From the NCBI GenBank assembly GCA_032718475.1, contig JAUCBJ010008553.1:29319-93318 (forward strand): 64,000 bases of DNA, read 5' to 3'. This document shows positions 50,978 through 64,000 of the stretch, in pieces. Each line of letters begins with the position of its first letter. The first letter of the stretch is position 1. This stretch comes from Nemertoderma westbladi (lineage: Eukaryota > Animalia > Xenacoelomorpha). Under the pieces are notes generated by a model that made no database searches, was not told the origin of the DNA, and was given only the letters and a program-made list of their open reading frames with translations. A program made the position numbers and the translations under genes.

Positions 50978-51644
50978 TTGAACACGTTAGTTTTCTATTA
51001 AAGTAAAATTAAATGTTCTAAATCAAATATATTTTGTTAAAAATAAATTTTTCAACTATTTTTTATGTATTTAAATCGTATGAGATATATAGTTAGGCCT
51101 ATATAAAGCGTACCAGTACTACTTTTTCCAGGAAAAAAGTTTCACTAGAAATACAGAATTTTATCCAGTGGAAAGATAAAGGGGTGGGACCTCAACACAC
51201 AACAAACGTTATTATAATTATTATAATTATAATTATTCCCATATATCTTATCACGTCTATAAATATATATTTCCTGGAGTTGTATAATAATATATTTCTA
51301 TCTGTGTGTAATAGTTACAATGGGATTGTTGTACTTCTTGTTTATTGTGCTCTATTTATGTTTTGTTTCCCACCTCGCGATCGGTGGGCGTACGATTAAA
51401 TGAAGTTAAATTAAATCTCTCTCTTTCTATCTATTGGTGACGGCATAATATTAGGATGCCGTTACCTATGTAGGTAAACATTTTTTTTTTAATTTCTAAT
51501 ACTGCAATTAGTTTTTTTTTACATAGATATAAAATCACAATATAATACATCTAACATTTTACATTATATTACAATTATTACTTCCCACCACCTGCACTGT
51601 CCTATCAGCTGATAAGGTTGCTAGGCTACCAGCCAAAACATAAA

Positions 51645-52750
51645 TAAATAACTGTGGGGCGAGACACGTAGTCGGCGAGCCTTGGCATACGGTTCATATA
51701 GGGCAAATGGGGCATGTCCGTCTGTCTGTGCGTCTGTCCGTCTGTCCGTCTGTCTGTCTGGTAAATCTTTGAACGCGAATTTCTCGGCATCGCTGATTTG
51801 AAATTGAACCAAAATTAGTAGGTAAGTAGTAGAGGGAAAGTTTAGAAAATTTGTAAAGTTTGGTGAAAAATCATGCAGTCTGACGTCAGCTACGACAGAT
51901 TATGTGGTTTTTAGAAAATGTTAAATTTCTCGGGAACTCCTCATTTTCCAGAGCTGAAATTTTGGTTGCTTGTAGCGAATCATAAAGTCTATCTTCTACG
52001 AAATTGAAAAGTTAAGACATTTAATTGGGGATCGGCTAGAGACTCCGAAGTAATGACATAGGCCTACCGGTACTGTACAAGTACGAAATTGCAAAATAAT
52101 AATTTGACACCACCTAGCGGATTAATATATAATTGTATATCGATCGAATACATTTTATAGCATAGAGTATAGGGTCGAAGTTGGCGGAGCCTTTGCGAAC
52201 TGGCACTATCTCTTAGGGGGGTAGGTCAATTATGGCAAATAGTTGATTCAATAATGGTACTGTATGTCATCATCGTCGCTACGATTTTGACTTACTTATA
52301 TCTTCGTCGGATTTAAAGCTTTCGAGTCTAAAATTAGTAGGCATCAATAAGACCATAAGTTTTGTTTTTTAGGGACTTCCAGACACCATCAAATCCTCAG
52401 TCTCTCACTAGAGGGCTAAATGTCTAGATATTATTTATCCTCACATTTGCTTTGCTTTAAACCCGTTCTAGCTGAAACTTGGCATATTTGTACAGTACTA
52501 GACCATTAACTGTGTCATTCAAAGGAGGCTCATCTGTCTGCAGTTCTCTAGTCTGCCGCTAGAGGGCAAAATGTCTCAAAGTGCAATCACTGATTTAGCT
52601 GAAACATCAGATATGTGCTAGAACACTTCCGGTGTGTTTGCTGGGCTAGGAATCAGTCCGACCAGTTCCACCTCACCACTATTCCAGCAAGGTGTAATTC
52701 TATAGGACATGCAATAGTGCTAGAGTAATAAGACAGCTTGCTTATTGTTT
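51645..52750 (+). mobile_element. Possible Helentron/DINE-like non-autonomous element
   Basis: (GTCY)n microsatellite at ~51716-51760 near the 5' end and a short 3' hairpin AATAAG..CTTATT at 52728-52746. Boundaries are uncertain. Confidence 0.4.
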
Positions 52751-53411
52751 ATCTCGCAAAATGATTGGCTGAGTATTTAATGGAGATTCTTTAGAATAAA
52801 TATAGCTAAATAATTTTGTTGTGACATCAACATGGTAAATTAATATTTCAGTATCAATACTAAAACGTCATAAGGTAAGTTATAATATTTCTTATAAATT
52901 GGGTCGCCTCCACGCCTAAAATATATTACTTTTAAAACACAAATTTTCTGTTAATACCTGCCTGTGAACAATCTTCTGAACAAGGTACACTGTGTACCTT
53001 TGTGTTGCGGTGCAGATTAAGGGGGGGGGGGGGGGGGGGGGTTGAAAGCGAGCAACTTTCCCCTCTTATGATTTGTTTGCGGTTTGGTTAATTTCTTAAA
53101 TACAGATTTTGTGTAGAATTGCTCAATTTTAATTTGTATCTCATAACTGAGCCTCGTGCTGCGCGAAGGCCCCACGAACGTGTTTAACTGCAGGGCCCTT
53201 TCAGTTTTATATATATCATTTGAATCAGGAAACTGTTCTGCGTGAAGTTTCCCTGGGCCTGGACTGTATACTACAAAATTCCTGTCTGCTATGGTAGCCC
53301 AGCACCGTCCTCCAGACCGAAGCCGCTCGTCCATTTGATTTGGCCCACGACCCACGACCCACGACCCACGAACGCAATGGGGAGCACCGCGCAATAATGC
53401 AAACTGCACTT

Positions 53412-53978
53412 GAGTCCTCACCCAACCCATAACCACTCGAGTCCTCACCCAACCCATAACCACTCGAGTCCTCACCCAACCCATAACCACTCGAGTCCTC
53501 ACCCAACCCATAACCACTCGAGTCCTCACCCAACCCATAACCACTCGAGTCCTCACCCAACCCATAACCACTCGAGTCCTCACCCAACCCATAACCACTC
53601 GAGTCCTCACCCAACCCATAACCACTCGAGTCCTCACCCAACCCATAACCACTCGAGTCCTCACCCAACCCATAACCACTCGAGTCCTCACCCAACCCAT
53701 AACCACTCGAGTCCTCACCCAACCCATAACCACTCGAGTCCTCACCCAACCCATAACCACTCGAGTCCTCACCCAACCCATAACCACTCGAGTCCTCACC
53801 CAACCCATAACCACTCGAGTCCTCACCCAACCCATAACCACTCGAGTCCTCACACAACCCATAACCACTCGAGTCCTCACCCAACCCATAACCACTCGAG
53901 TCCTCACCCAACCCATAACCACTCGAGTCCTCACCCAACCCATAACCACTCGAGTCCTCACCCAACCCATAACCACTC
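53412..53978 (+). repeat. 27-bp minisatellite (GAGTCCTCACCCAACCCATAACCACTC) x21
   Basis: 567 bp = 21 units, near-perfect (one substitution seen). Confidence 0.97.
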
Positions 53979-54316
53979 TGTATCAATGTACCTATGTAGG
54001 TTGGTTATAATAAACTGTACCAATAAATAATACAGTATACACCAAACAATAGATTAACATTAATATATATACGTGAATAGCTAGCTAGTGCGGTCATGTG
54101 ACATGCAATTTGGCATGGCTCCCTGCTTGTAAGTTGACCTTTGGGAGTTTGGTTTAGTTTAGTTTAGTTTAATTACGCCAGTATCAATAAATTATGTCTC
54201 ACAAGTCAAACATACAAACACAAATGACAGAAATAAAGATAATCCATGATTAGGACAAATTTACAGTAAAATTAAATTTCAATATGAAGTTAATTTACGT
54301 ACGTACTGTAATGTAA

Positions 54317-54886
54317 TATATCGTGACCATAGAGCCAGAACAACACATACCACAATTTTTCAAAAAAAAATTTTTTCACCAAAATTACTCAAGATGGCGT
54401 TCTACATCTTATGTTAAAATCCTAGACTTGTATGTCAGTTCGTTTAGGAGATATGGAAAACCAGAACAACCCACACAACATAGAAGTTGAAAACTGTTAG
54501 AGGTAAAACAACACATACCACACTTTTCCCTATCATACTTTGCCAGGAAAAACACCATTCAATAGTCGAGGAATGACGTGAGTTCTTATGTTTCTGTGAT
54601 AAAATCCTAGAGGTAAAACAACACACACAGACTAGAGTTAATGTTAAATTTCAGTATGTGTTGTTTTGTCTCTTTGGAAAATAACGAAAAAAACAGTTTT
54701 TTTCATTAACAAAATTTATTTTGAATGCTAGCCACTATTATAAAATGTATCATTGTATTTTCCCAGACCTCTGTCGAAAAAATCAGGAGACGGGATCCAT
54801 ATAGAGGGAAATGAGAAGGTTTTTTGCATTTTTCTCGAAACCACATTTTTTGGTGAGTGTTGTTCTGGCTCTTTGGTCACGATATA
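54317..54886. mobile_element. TA-flanked MITE
   Basis: TIRs TATATCGTGACCATAGAGCCAGAACAACAC / GTGTTGTTCTGGCTCTTTGGTCACGATATA, 1 mismatch. Confidence 0.85.
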
Positions 54887-55002
54887 CACGTTCTGTTATA
54901 CAGTCTGCATTGCACCAAGAAAAATACTTATACATATTCAGATATTATGAACAATTGGTTTTTCGCAATGGCTGGCAAGTTACGCAGTTGCGTTTTAGGG
55001 CG

Positions 55003-55331
55003 GGAATAAAATATAAATAAAAAATAGATTAATTAATTAAAGATACAATTCGATAAAATATAAATAAAAAAAATAGATTAATTAATTAAAGATAAAATTC
55101 GATAATAAAAAATAAATATTAAGTCAAGACAAGAAATATATTCCTCGAACCAGCCACATATGTAATGTAATCATTTCCGTTTACTCAGAATACTCAGAAT
55201 AAAATATAAATAAAAAATAGATTAATTAATTAAAGATACAATTCGATAAAATATAAATAAAAAAATTAGATTAATTAATTAAAGATAAAATTCGATAATA
55301 AAAAATAAATATTAAGTCAAGACAAGAAATC
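55003..55331 (+). repeat. Local ~134-bp direct duplication, AT-rich
   Basis: ~55003-55136 is repeated at ~55197-55331; each copy has two internal ~48-bp subrepeats. Confidence 0.8.
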
Positions 55332-55489
55332 CTTTTTTTTTACACATATGTGGCTGTTTTTTTTAGCACCAAACTATCAGTTCCGTTTACTAGTTTGTGG
55401 TCCTCACAAGCCGGGGTGCTAATAGTTTCCCATTTTGCTTACTGTTTGAGGCAACATATTGGTTTTCTGGGTGTTGAAGTGCCTTAGGA

Positions 55490-56660
55490 ATCGCTCCTGT
55501 AACAAATATTTTATTATATAAATTATTAAATATATGACATGTTCTATAACATTTCCTCAAAAGTGGGCAAAAATTAGCTATTATAAAAATTTTGAGGGGG
55601 GGGGGGGGGTGTACCTACAGTATAACATACTAGTACACAAACGAAGCTCTGACGTCATACAGTATATCTTTCTCATTTTTCTCCTTACCTGTCTTATAAT
55701 TGCCTTTATTTGAATTTTGTGCATTTCGCACCCCAAACATGTTATGAAACTTTTTTGGTACTTTTACAGTTTCCCCCCACATTTTTCAAAATTTTCTTAA
55801 TAGTGATTTTACTGAATTATTTAATGTGTAAATGTTCTATAAACATCATCTAAATGTTTTCCAATGAAAAATTTTGTTTTTTCAACAAAATACATGTTCT
55901 AGAACATTAGCTATAAATAGATAATTTCAACAAATAATTAACATATCAATTATAATTAGTTAATAATTATTAACAAATAATGTTTACGTAGCTATGATAG
56001 CATTTTTCTAGAATATTACTGATTTATATTCAGTACACTGGCTGTGCATTATACAGTACGCAAAAAATCGGTTGTTCATGAAATATTTATTTTTTAATAG
56101 CTAATGTTCTAGAACAAGATTTTTATAATAATTTTATTGAAAAATTTTAGAAGATGATTTGAGAACATATACACATGAAATAATCCATAAAATGGATTGT
56201 TATAAAATTTTATAAAATTTTGAAAAATGTGGGGGGGGGGGGGGGAAACTGCAAAAGTACCACTTTTTTAATTACTAGCAATTTTAAATTTGATAAATAA
56301 TATAATAAAATAATAAAATAAATAACTAGCTTCCGGATATATGTTCTAGAACATTCTATTTTTTATTATATTTATGTTCTAGAATAGTGTATAATATCTA
56401 TATTTTGTTGTAGAACTCTGAAATTTTGCCAATTTATGTTATAAAAATGTAGTGCTATAAGGAACTGTTACCATTCCGTATAGCACTACATTTTTAAAAC
56501 ATATCATTGTTACTATGGCAACATTGAAGTGTTCTAGAACTATAGAAATGTATTATATACTATGTATAAATTATATATATTATATATACTACGTAATTTT
56601 ACATTTTTTGTTCTAGTACATTTTATATTAAAAAAAACATAATTTTTTAAACTAGCTAGT
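55490..56660. repeat. GTTCTAGAAC-rich fold-back repeat; related sequence at ~61400-62040
   Basis: Repeated palindrome TGTTCTAGAACA; imperfect inverted arms ~55755-55935 / ~56080-56262; perfect 17-bp hairpin arms at ~56443-56495. Confidence 0.6.
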
Positions 56661-56779
56661 TTTTGCCACTTTTTTATCGTTTATACGGGAAGAATGTTCG
56701 TTGGATTTTCATCAAGTTCAGTTTCTCCAGGTTCTTTATCCAGACTTCCCATTTCTTCCGGATTGCTAAGGGGGCAATA

Positions 56780-57680
56780 CTATGTTATGGGTACCCATTT
56801 TTTGACCAATTTTCTTTCATATGAAAATGGATTTTATTATGAGGTTTTTTGTTCTAGAACAAATATTTAACCTTCTGCGGGTAAGATGGTAGCTAGTACT
56901 TTTGATTTTGTGTTAGCTAGTACTATTTATTAGGTAGTAAAAAAATGTAAGATATAATTTAATTCTCAATTATATATTTGCCTGGAATAATTTATGAGTC
57001 ATAGTGTAGCTAGTACCGGTAATTATTATTTGACAGTCAAAGTAGGTAGTATTGTAATTGCCTATTCACTAGCTACTTTTTTTATACAAAATATAGGCAG
57101 ATGTCAAAATACAGTCTATACTACTATTCAGAAATATAAAATATATACATTTTTATTATACTCAGTCAGAACACTACCGTTGCTTAAAGGACTAGTTTAT
57201 CGTGTTTAATAATATTAATTTCTTGATCTTTTCCAAGAGCATCGAAAAAAATCTAATAATATTTACCTTTTTATTAGGCCTACTCATTTCGAGAATATAT
57301 TGATGATATTGATATTGTCTAAATAAAAGGGGCACTACAAATTTTACCTTGTAATTTAAAGATAACTAACTAGCTAGGCGTACCTTTAAAAACACTAGCT
57401 TCCAGAATAAAAAATAATAGCTAACCTCTCTCAGAAGGTGAAATTTATGTTCTAGAACAAAACAAAAAACATCATGATAATATCCATTAACATGGTCCAA
57501 AATTTTATGTTGTCATTTTAATATCACTATAGTTACTTTTAAAAACACTAGCTACCATAACAAAAACAATAGGTAACCTCTCTCAGAAGGTGATATTTAT
57601 ATTCTAGAACAAAAAACATCATGATAATAGGCATTAACATGGTCAAATAAATGGTTAAAAAGTGGGTACCCATAACATAG
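56780..57680. mobile_element. TA-flanked MITE (Tc1/mariner-like target)
   Basis: TA|CTATGTTATGGGTACCCATTTTTTGACCA ... TGGTTAAAAAGTGGGTACCCATAACATAG|TA, 2 mismatches. Confidence 0.82.
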
Positions 57681-57686
57681 TAATGC

Positions 57687-58500
57687 CTAAAAGGTTCCAA
57701 ATTTTTTATTCGCTGTAATTGTGTTGTCGTTGTATGTCCAGTGGTCAGTAGTACCAAGTTGTCCAGTGAAAACGCCAGGTGTAAGTATTTTATTTGAAAA
57801 GGTTGTAGATATGTAGTCTATTATAGTCTTAGATTGTGGTGTAATTCTAGTAGCTTTGACGATTAATTGTTCAAGTCTATTAGATTCAAGTGTTCGTATG
57901 TAATTATTGGCCGAGTTTGTTGGCCGAGTTAGTAGGTCAATGTTAAAATCGCCAGTGAGTATTATGTCTGTGTCCTGTTGATTAACTGTGGCTAATAGTG
58001 TATTTAAGTTTTCCATAAAGTCGTTAATGTTGCATGTATCTGCTCTGTAGACAGTGCCAAGGAGAAGTTGTTTATTTGTTTGGGGGGTGTTCCGTGTTCT
58101 AGAAATAGTTGCAAATGTGGATTCACAGATGGGTATTGTCAGGTCTTTCCGTTCTGTAATATTTATTTATACCTTTTTGCGTATATCGCGGTACCGCCTC
58201 TGTTTTTCTTACCAATTTGCCGGTTGGTTATTAGTGGTTGTGAGTATCCGTCAATCTGTATGTAATTTACGTCTGTGTCATGTGTTAGAAAGGTTTCTGT
58301 GAAAGTTAATATGTCGAATAAATGCGTTAGCGAAGATAAGTAATCGGATATTGAAGTTAAGTTAGGTTTTAGGCTACGAGAGTTTATATGAAAGATTGAT
58401 AGAGTTATTTTCAGCAAATGTCTTATTAAATTTATTCTCATCATAGTAGTGGCAGTTAGATTTGTTGGGAGTTATATTTATATCAGGGGCAATACTAATA
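57687..58500 (-). mobile_element. CR1/L2-type LINE APE endonuclease fragment
   Basis: SIFHINSRSL, TFTETFL, RGGTAIYA, ILTGDFNIDLL, TRIT..SKTIIDYI and TDH motifs, with frameshifts. Confidence 0.88.
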
Positions 58501-58619
58501 AAGTTATTGTAGAGGGTAGCGCTATAATGACACAGTCAATGAAAACCAATAGTAACAGGGCAAGACTTTGTCCAAAATGAATAATTTTTGGTATGAGGGT
58601 CAATCGATAACTGAAGGTT

Positions 58620-59490
58620 GTTTAAAAATTTTTTTTTTTATAATATAGTTATAAAAATTTAGTGCTATTTATTAGCATAAAATTATTACTATTACAAACA
58701 TTAGATATATAACTAGTTATTTCGTATTATATGGTTGAATAAAAGTATTGGTCAAAATTTTTTGATATTTCCAATTTTATTATCAAATTAAATAATTATT
58801 TTCCTATTTTTTTAAAAAAAATTAGCATTTTTCACATTTCGAAGACAATAAAATTAGTTAGGATCAAAATTTTAAAATTCTGACCAATACCTTTGAAGAT
58901 ACCAGGCATGTGGTTACTCTGTCCAAATTTAATGGAAAAATATTAAAAATTGGAAGAGGAGTAGCATTTTAAATTTCGTAAAAATGAAAAAAATACCATT
59001 CCGAGATAATTGCCTTTCAAATTTGAACCTTCCCGCGCAAAAATGGTCTGTTAATATGTGAGAATGTCTGTCAATATATATCTATCAACAAGAAAGCATA
59101 AAACCATGCTAAGATTTTTGCTATGGGGGTTTTCCTGGTCGCTGATTTCATTTCTGAGGTCAGTTTTTAATTTTAATGAATTCTAGTTTGTCTGCATGTC
59201 TGTCTGTCGGACTTTCTGACTATCCGACTATCTGTCTGTCAAATATAAGAAAAAAGCACACCATTGAGCTAAAAGTTTAGCTATTAGGGTTTTCCTGGTC
59301 GCAGAATTAATTTCGAGTGTCAATTTTAACATTTGATGACTTCCAAATTGTCTGTTTGGCTGTCAGACTGTCGGTTATATTTTCACAGACAGACTGAGAG
59401 GCATACAGACAGAACCGACAAGGCCAAATTTGATTAATGACATCAGAAATGAAGTCAGCGACCACGAAAACCCATACAGGGAATTTTTTA
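58620..59490. repeat. Interspersed repeat, inverted homologue of 1340-2240
   Basis: Extended reverse-complement similarity to 1340-1900; left boundary approximate. Confidence 0.65.
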
Positions 59491-59577
59491 GACAAATAGT
59501 ATACTTTTTATTGACGGACAGAATAGGTAACACCTATGTAAAAATTATGTAACACCACCATTCCAATAATTAGTAAC

Positions 59578-60723
59578 ATGGCGGAAGGCGGCGTCTTCAA
59601 AGGCGTTATATTGACAACACAACCACAAAGTAAAGGTAGTGGAACATACCTACGCGGCCAATGCTTGGATAGTGAGTTTTTGTTCAAACCGCTAATAACC
59701 GTGCAATGCAATGAGAGAAGATTGATGAACTGTGACGATGTCATTAAGATTGATGACGAATCTGACATTCAATATGACCATAGACAGTTTACAGTTCTTA
59801 TTGAAAATATAGTTGACGGAAAAAGTTGCGTGAGATATGCGATTTATTTTAATAACGAGTTGAGATTTAGATTATTTTATGATTACATTGATAGTTGGCT
59901 TAGACAATGTTTCTCTGGCCTCAGAATGTCTCAATCTCGGATAAATCCAATTTGCGCCATATTAAAAGTTAGGCTTTATACTGATGGCCAAAAAGTCGAC
60001 AAGGGATATTTCAAAATAACGAAAAAGGTAGAACAATACTACGGTTGCAACAAAGGCTATATAAGGGAGATCGACTTGACTAACATTTGGATAAGAAACG
60101 CAAACGAGATAATAGAATTTGGCATCCAAAATAACGTCAATGGCCAACTTCTACCTTATTTTCAATTTACTAATGACAAGGAAATTTACACGATATATTT
60201 CGCTAATGAGACTGAGAGGAATGACTGCAGGAATTTTATTGTTCATCATTTACCCGCCAAGTCGCGATATTTCAAAGTTAAAAACCAAATACCAAGTTTC
60301 ACTCCATTTCAAATTACCAGATGTAGCAATGATTATATTTTTCTTAAAATCGATAAATTGCGGCCTACTGATTCAACCTCGGAAATGCAACCATTACATA
60401 TGCTCAAAGTATCTGCAGCAGTTAAAGATCTGAAAGGCATGAAGTGGATCCACTATGGATTGGCGGGATACGAACGTGAATATACTCCAAACTTGGAAGA
60501 GGACGATGAACATTTCAAAATTACGCATAAGGAAGACGTGTTTAAAGATAAAAGAAATAAACAGATCATGGTCAAGTTCCACCATTTCCACAATCCACCA
60601 TTCGGAATAGTGCGTGTAAAGTTCACATCGGAGGAAGACTTCCAAGACATGGTCCGATACTTCGAGATGTTTCTAGGAATATCCGTGTTAGATATTCAAC
60701 AACCAATAACAAGGCCATTTTAA
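59578..60723 (+). CDS. Intronless 381-aa hypothetical protein, possibly three tandem PH-like domains
   Basis: Uninterrupted, non-repetitive 1146-nt ORF in AT-rich DNA; good start context AACATGG; AATAAA at 60774-60779 and 60796-60801. Confidence 0.8.
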   Translation: MAEGGVFKGVILTTQPQSKGSGTYLRGQCLDSEFLFKPLITVQCNERRLMNCDDVIKIDDESDIQYDHRQFTVLIENIVDGKSCVRYAIYFNNELRFRLFYDYIDSWLRQCFSGLRMSQSRINPICAILKVRLYTDGQKVDKGYFKITKKVEQYYGCNKGYIREIDLTNIWIRNANEIIEFGIQNNVNGQLLPYFQFTNDKEIYTIYFANETERNDCRNFIVHHLPAKSRYFKVKNQIPSFTPFQITRCSNDYIFLKIDKLRPTDSTSEMQPLHMLKVSAAVKDLKGMKWIHYGLAGYEREYTPNLEEDDEHFKITHKEDVFKDKRNKQIMVKFHHFHNPPFGIVRVKFTSEEDFQDMVRYFEMFLGISVLDIQQPITRPF

Positions 60724-61399
60724 GTTTAAAAAGTAAATTAGGTCACAACCGGTGGTTAAACTTAAGACTTATAAATAAATGACTTTGTATTTGGAAATAA
60801 ATATCTTTTTAACAAGATGTTTTTCACCAGACTACTTTCAGTTTTACATTATATCCCGACCACTGGCTGTAACGATTTATTTCCCGAAGTCTGATTGCCA
60901 CGCATTCTGTCAAGACTAATGCCTGACACACTTTATCTCTCAACAACTGACTGACTCACTTTATACTCCGCTCTCCGACTGGTCCGCTTTATATCCGCCC
61001 TGTCGCCCAGTATGATGTTTTTTAATCATACTGTATAACCATGCAAACATCAAAACGATGCCCTCAATTATATTTCAACGAAATTCCGATTGTGTGCCAT
61101 ATGTTGTATCCTTGCACGGCCAGGTTTCCAACACTACCAACAAATACTAGGGCCTACTGTATAAGGTTGACTGGGGTGAAATTGTATATATCGACAGAGA
61201 CACCTTTTTCAAACGCTTGGAGCTAAAAAAAAAAGGCGAAAATAAAAGTACTTACCCATACCCACCCACATAGGAGGAGGGAGGTGAAACTAGCTCTGTT
61301 TCAAATTGCATGCAATCTCATTAAGATTTGTAGAAAAATTTATGTGAGGGGCAGGTACCTAAATAACGACATTACATCCCAGGTAGCAAGATATTAGCG

Positions 61400-62040
61400 G
61401 AGATTTTTCGCATAATAAAATTGCATTAATTCGCATAAATAAATTGTTCTAGAACAAATAATTGTTGTTCTAGAACAAAATTCATTAATTAGTATTTTGA
61501 AGTTATCAAAGCTAGTTCTTCTTACTTTTTTAAAAAATGTTCTAGAACATATCGTCTATTTATTTTTATAAAAAGTTATGTTCTAGAACAAATATTTTTG
61601 TTCAAGAACATTAAAAAAAAATGTTATTTTGTGGTGTTTTTTATTTGATTAGTAAGTGTTAAAAACAACCACTAAAAACTACACATTTTCATTGTAGCTA
61701 GTGATTTTTATTAAATATGTGATACAAAGATAACAAATTAGATAGTTTTTTTTTGTTCTAAAACAAATAATATTTATCTGGAACAAAATTTTTATATTAA
61801 ATGAATAGATAATATGCTCTAGAACATTTTTTTAAAGAAAAAGAAACAAAAACTAGCTAGTTTAAAAAATTTACACAAAGATAACATACAATAAAAATGA
61901 AAAATATAAACAAATTGGTAGTTTTTTTCTTTTTTGTTCTAGAATAAAAAATATTTGTTCTAGAACAACATTTTTATATTCAATGAATAGATTATATGTT
62001 CTAGAACATTAAAAAAAAAAGTAACAATAACTAGCTTGTA
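61400..62040. repeat. GTTCTAGAAC-rich repeat element
   Basis: Many TGTTCTAGAACA palindromes within an inverted/duplicated AT-rich structure. Confidence 0.55.
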
Positions 62041-64000
62041 TAAATAAAAAATTTGAGGGCGCTGTGCACAAAACACACGAGTTAGTACCCACGATACGGT
62101 GGGTGCGATTTCGCAAAAGACACATTTTTAAAACGCTAATGGAAAAAATGTAAAGGGAAAATCATGGCAACAACGACGATGAATTGAGATAGTTGAGTTT
62201 CAAATTTCACGCAAGATGATAAAGATTTGTAGTTGATTTTTTTTTGGGGAGGGGGCGGGGGGGTGGGGGGGGGGGGGGGGGGGGGGTTCCGTGTCATCAG
62301 AAAATGACACTATATTACGGGTCATGGTTTAAGGTTTGACAACCACGGTTATATCACACACAGCAACTATAAATTAATAAATACGCATTATTCTGGAACA
62401 TTTTATTTCTGTATGTGACGTGTAGCTAAGCAATAGAGATATTGTATAGCCATACAGTTGTTGCACACATCTAATGAAATTAAATAAATAACACGTTGTA
62501 GAATTTAGTGTGGTAATTTATGTAATTTAGAATGATGGCCATCAGCGAACAATAATTCTTGCAATCTTTGAACGCTTATATCTCAGCTGTTTCTCAACGA
62601 CACTTAGATTTACATATTGTGTATTACATTTACACTTTTATTGTTACATACAGTATTTGGAATCCTTGCAACGCCAGCTTTCTAATGATATTAAAAAAAT
62701 CAGGGCTACTGTGAAGAATGGTCATCAAACGAAGGGTGAAAAATGTAAAGGCAAACAAAAGTGAATAGTGGCTGGAATTATTGAAAAATTTGGAGAGGGG
62801 GGCGTGTCATTGGATAATGTCACTTTATTACGGGTAAGGGTGTAACACAATGATGATTAGGTATTCTATAACGATGACTTCCAGTTCTGCAACTTGAAGG
62901 CCCCAGACTGGTTATGTATTAATAATATATATTAACCGCTAGACTTAAAACTCTTTACTGATAACAGCAACAAAACATTTCTGAGGAAATAATATTCTCC
63001 ATATTTTGATGCCGTATAAGTGAAATATAGTAGAATAATAATGTTTTAAAATATTTAGCGATGTTGTAATTAATCAATAATGATGTAATGTTTAATATAT
63101 TATAAAGAGGATAAATTGCTTAACTAGAAGAATCAACAACGAACACTAAAGAGGGAACGAAAACTACAGGAACATACAAACGCAAAAGTTACCGAACCAA
63201 TAAATACAAGTAATTTAAATGTATAAACAATTAATTACACCGAATATATCGCTAACAGAAATAGACAAACTGATTACATTAAGCGGCTTTATCGTATGTA
63301 AATATTAAATAATACATAACTTTATAGGATTGCTGACGGAAAATTGTAATAAAAAAAATCACTTGCGCTGTCTGCAAGATTTCCATTAATTGTTACAATA
63401 AGATATTTTAATAGTTTATGATTTATTACAGGTTCTATGCTATATATTATTAACCATCAATAATAACAGATCACATTAACTATTCAGTGAGTTTAACATA
63501 TTATACTGAACACAATAATAGGAAGATTGAAATATAATAATAAGTTATTATTATTTACATCAGATATGTAGGACCTACACCACCAGCAAGGGAGGGGGTT
63601 TTAATAAAGAGTGGAGCTGTGAGAGTCTTATAATGCTAGAAATACTTTATATACCGCAAAGTAAATAAATCAACGATTCCAAAATTAATTTAAAATACAA
63701 AAAAACGTTGCTTCTTATTCTTCCGAGTTGACATTTAACAAACATTTATTTTACATGCTGCGCGTAGGCCCCATTGTGTACAACTTATTATAATTTATTT
63801 ATTTTATAAGAACAACAAATTCTAAAAATGTAGATAAAAGTAATTCCAGTTGACATCAATACCGGCAATAATATTTGATTTAGGGCTACCGGTAGCTGTA
63901 GTAGTTAAAATTTATATTAAATATTGTATTATATTAGTAAATACAATATAGTTATAATAGTTAACCTTATATATATATAATTAGCCCGAATTATATATAA

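Noticed and set aside
53017-54030. Repeat proteins (GYGLGEDSS)n, (SSPHPTHNH)n and (VMGWVRTRV)n
   Set aside because: A 27-bp unit open in several frames on both strands with no synonymous divergence; a minisatellite artefact.

Overview
This is AT-rich, repeat-dominated eukaryotic DNA, probably from an invertebrate animal; close to half of it is tandem satellite. It holds one clearly reconstructable spliced gene on the minus strand, a 4-coding-exon, 207-aa NAD(P)H-dependent FMN/quinone reductase (14396-3031). It also holds an intronless 381-aa orphan ORF with three apparent PH-fold-like repeats (59578-60723) and a possible small single-pass membrane ORF just downstream of an array of 15 CRE palindromes. 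Tandem arrays have units of 13, 14, 27, 28-29, 30, 33, 34, 41 and 63 bp, and the 14.8-kb 34-bp array has higher-order structure. Mobile DNA includes TTAA-targeting piggyBac-type non-autonomous elements, TA-flanked MITEs, RTE and CR1/L2 LINE remnants, a BEL/Pao fragment and a piggyBac C-terminal remnant. The most striking signal is a 72-nt minus-strand RNA at 17605-17676. It carries all the hammerhead ribozyme core nucleotides and three perfect stems, but in a non-circularly permuted, pseudoknotted order braced by an extra 11-bp helix. All calls come from reading the sequence by eye; no searches were run.
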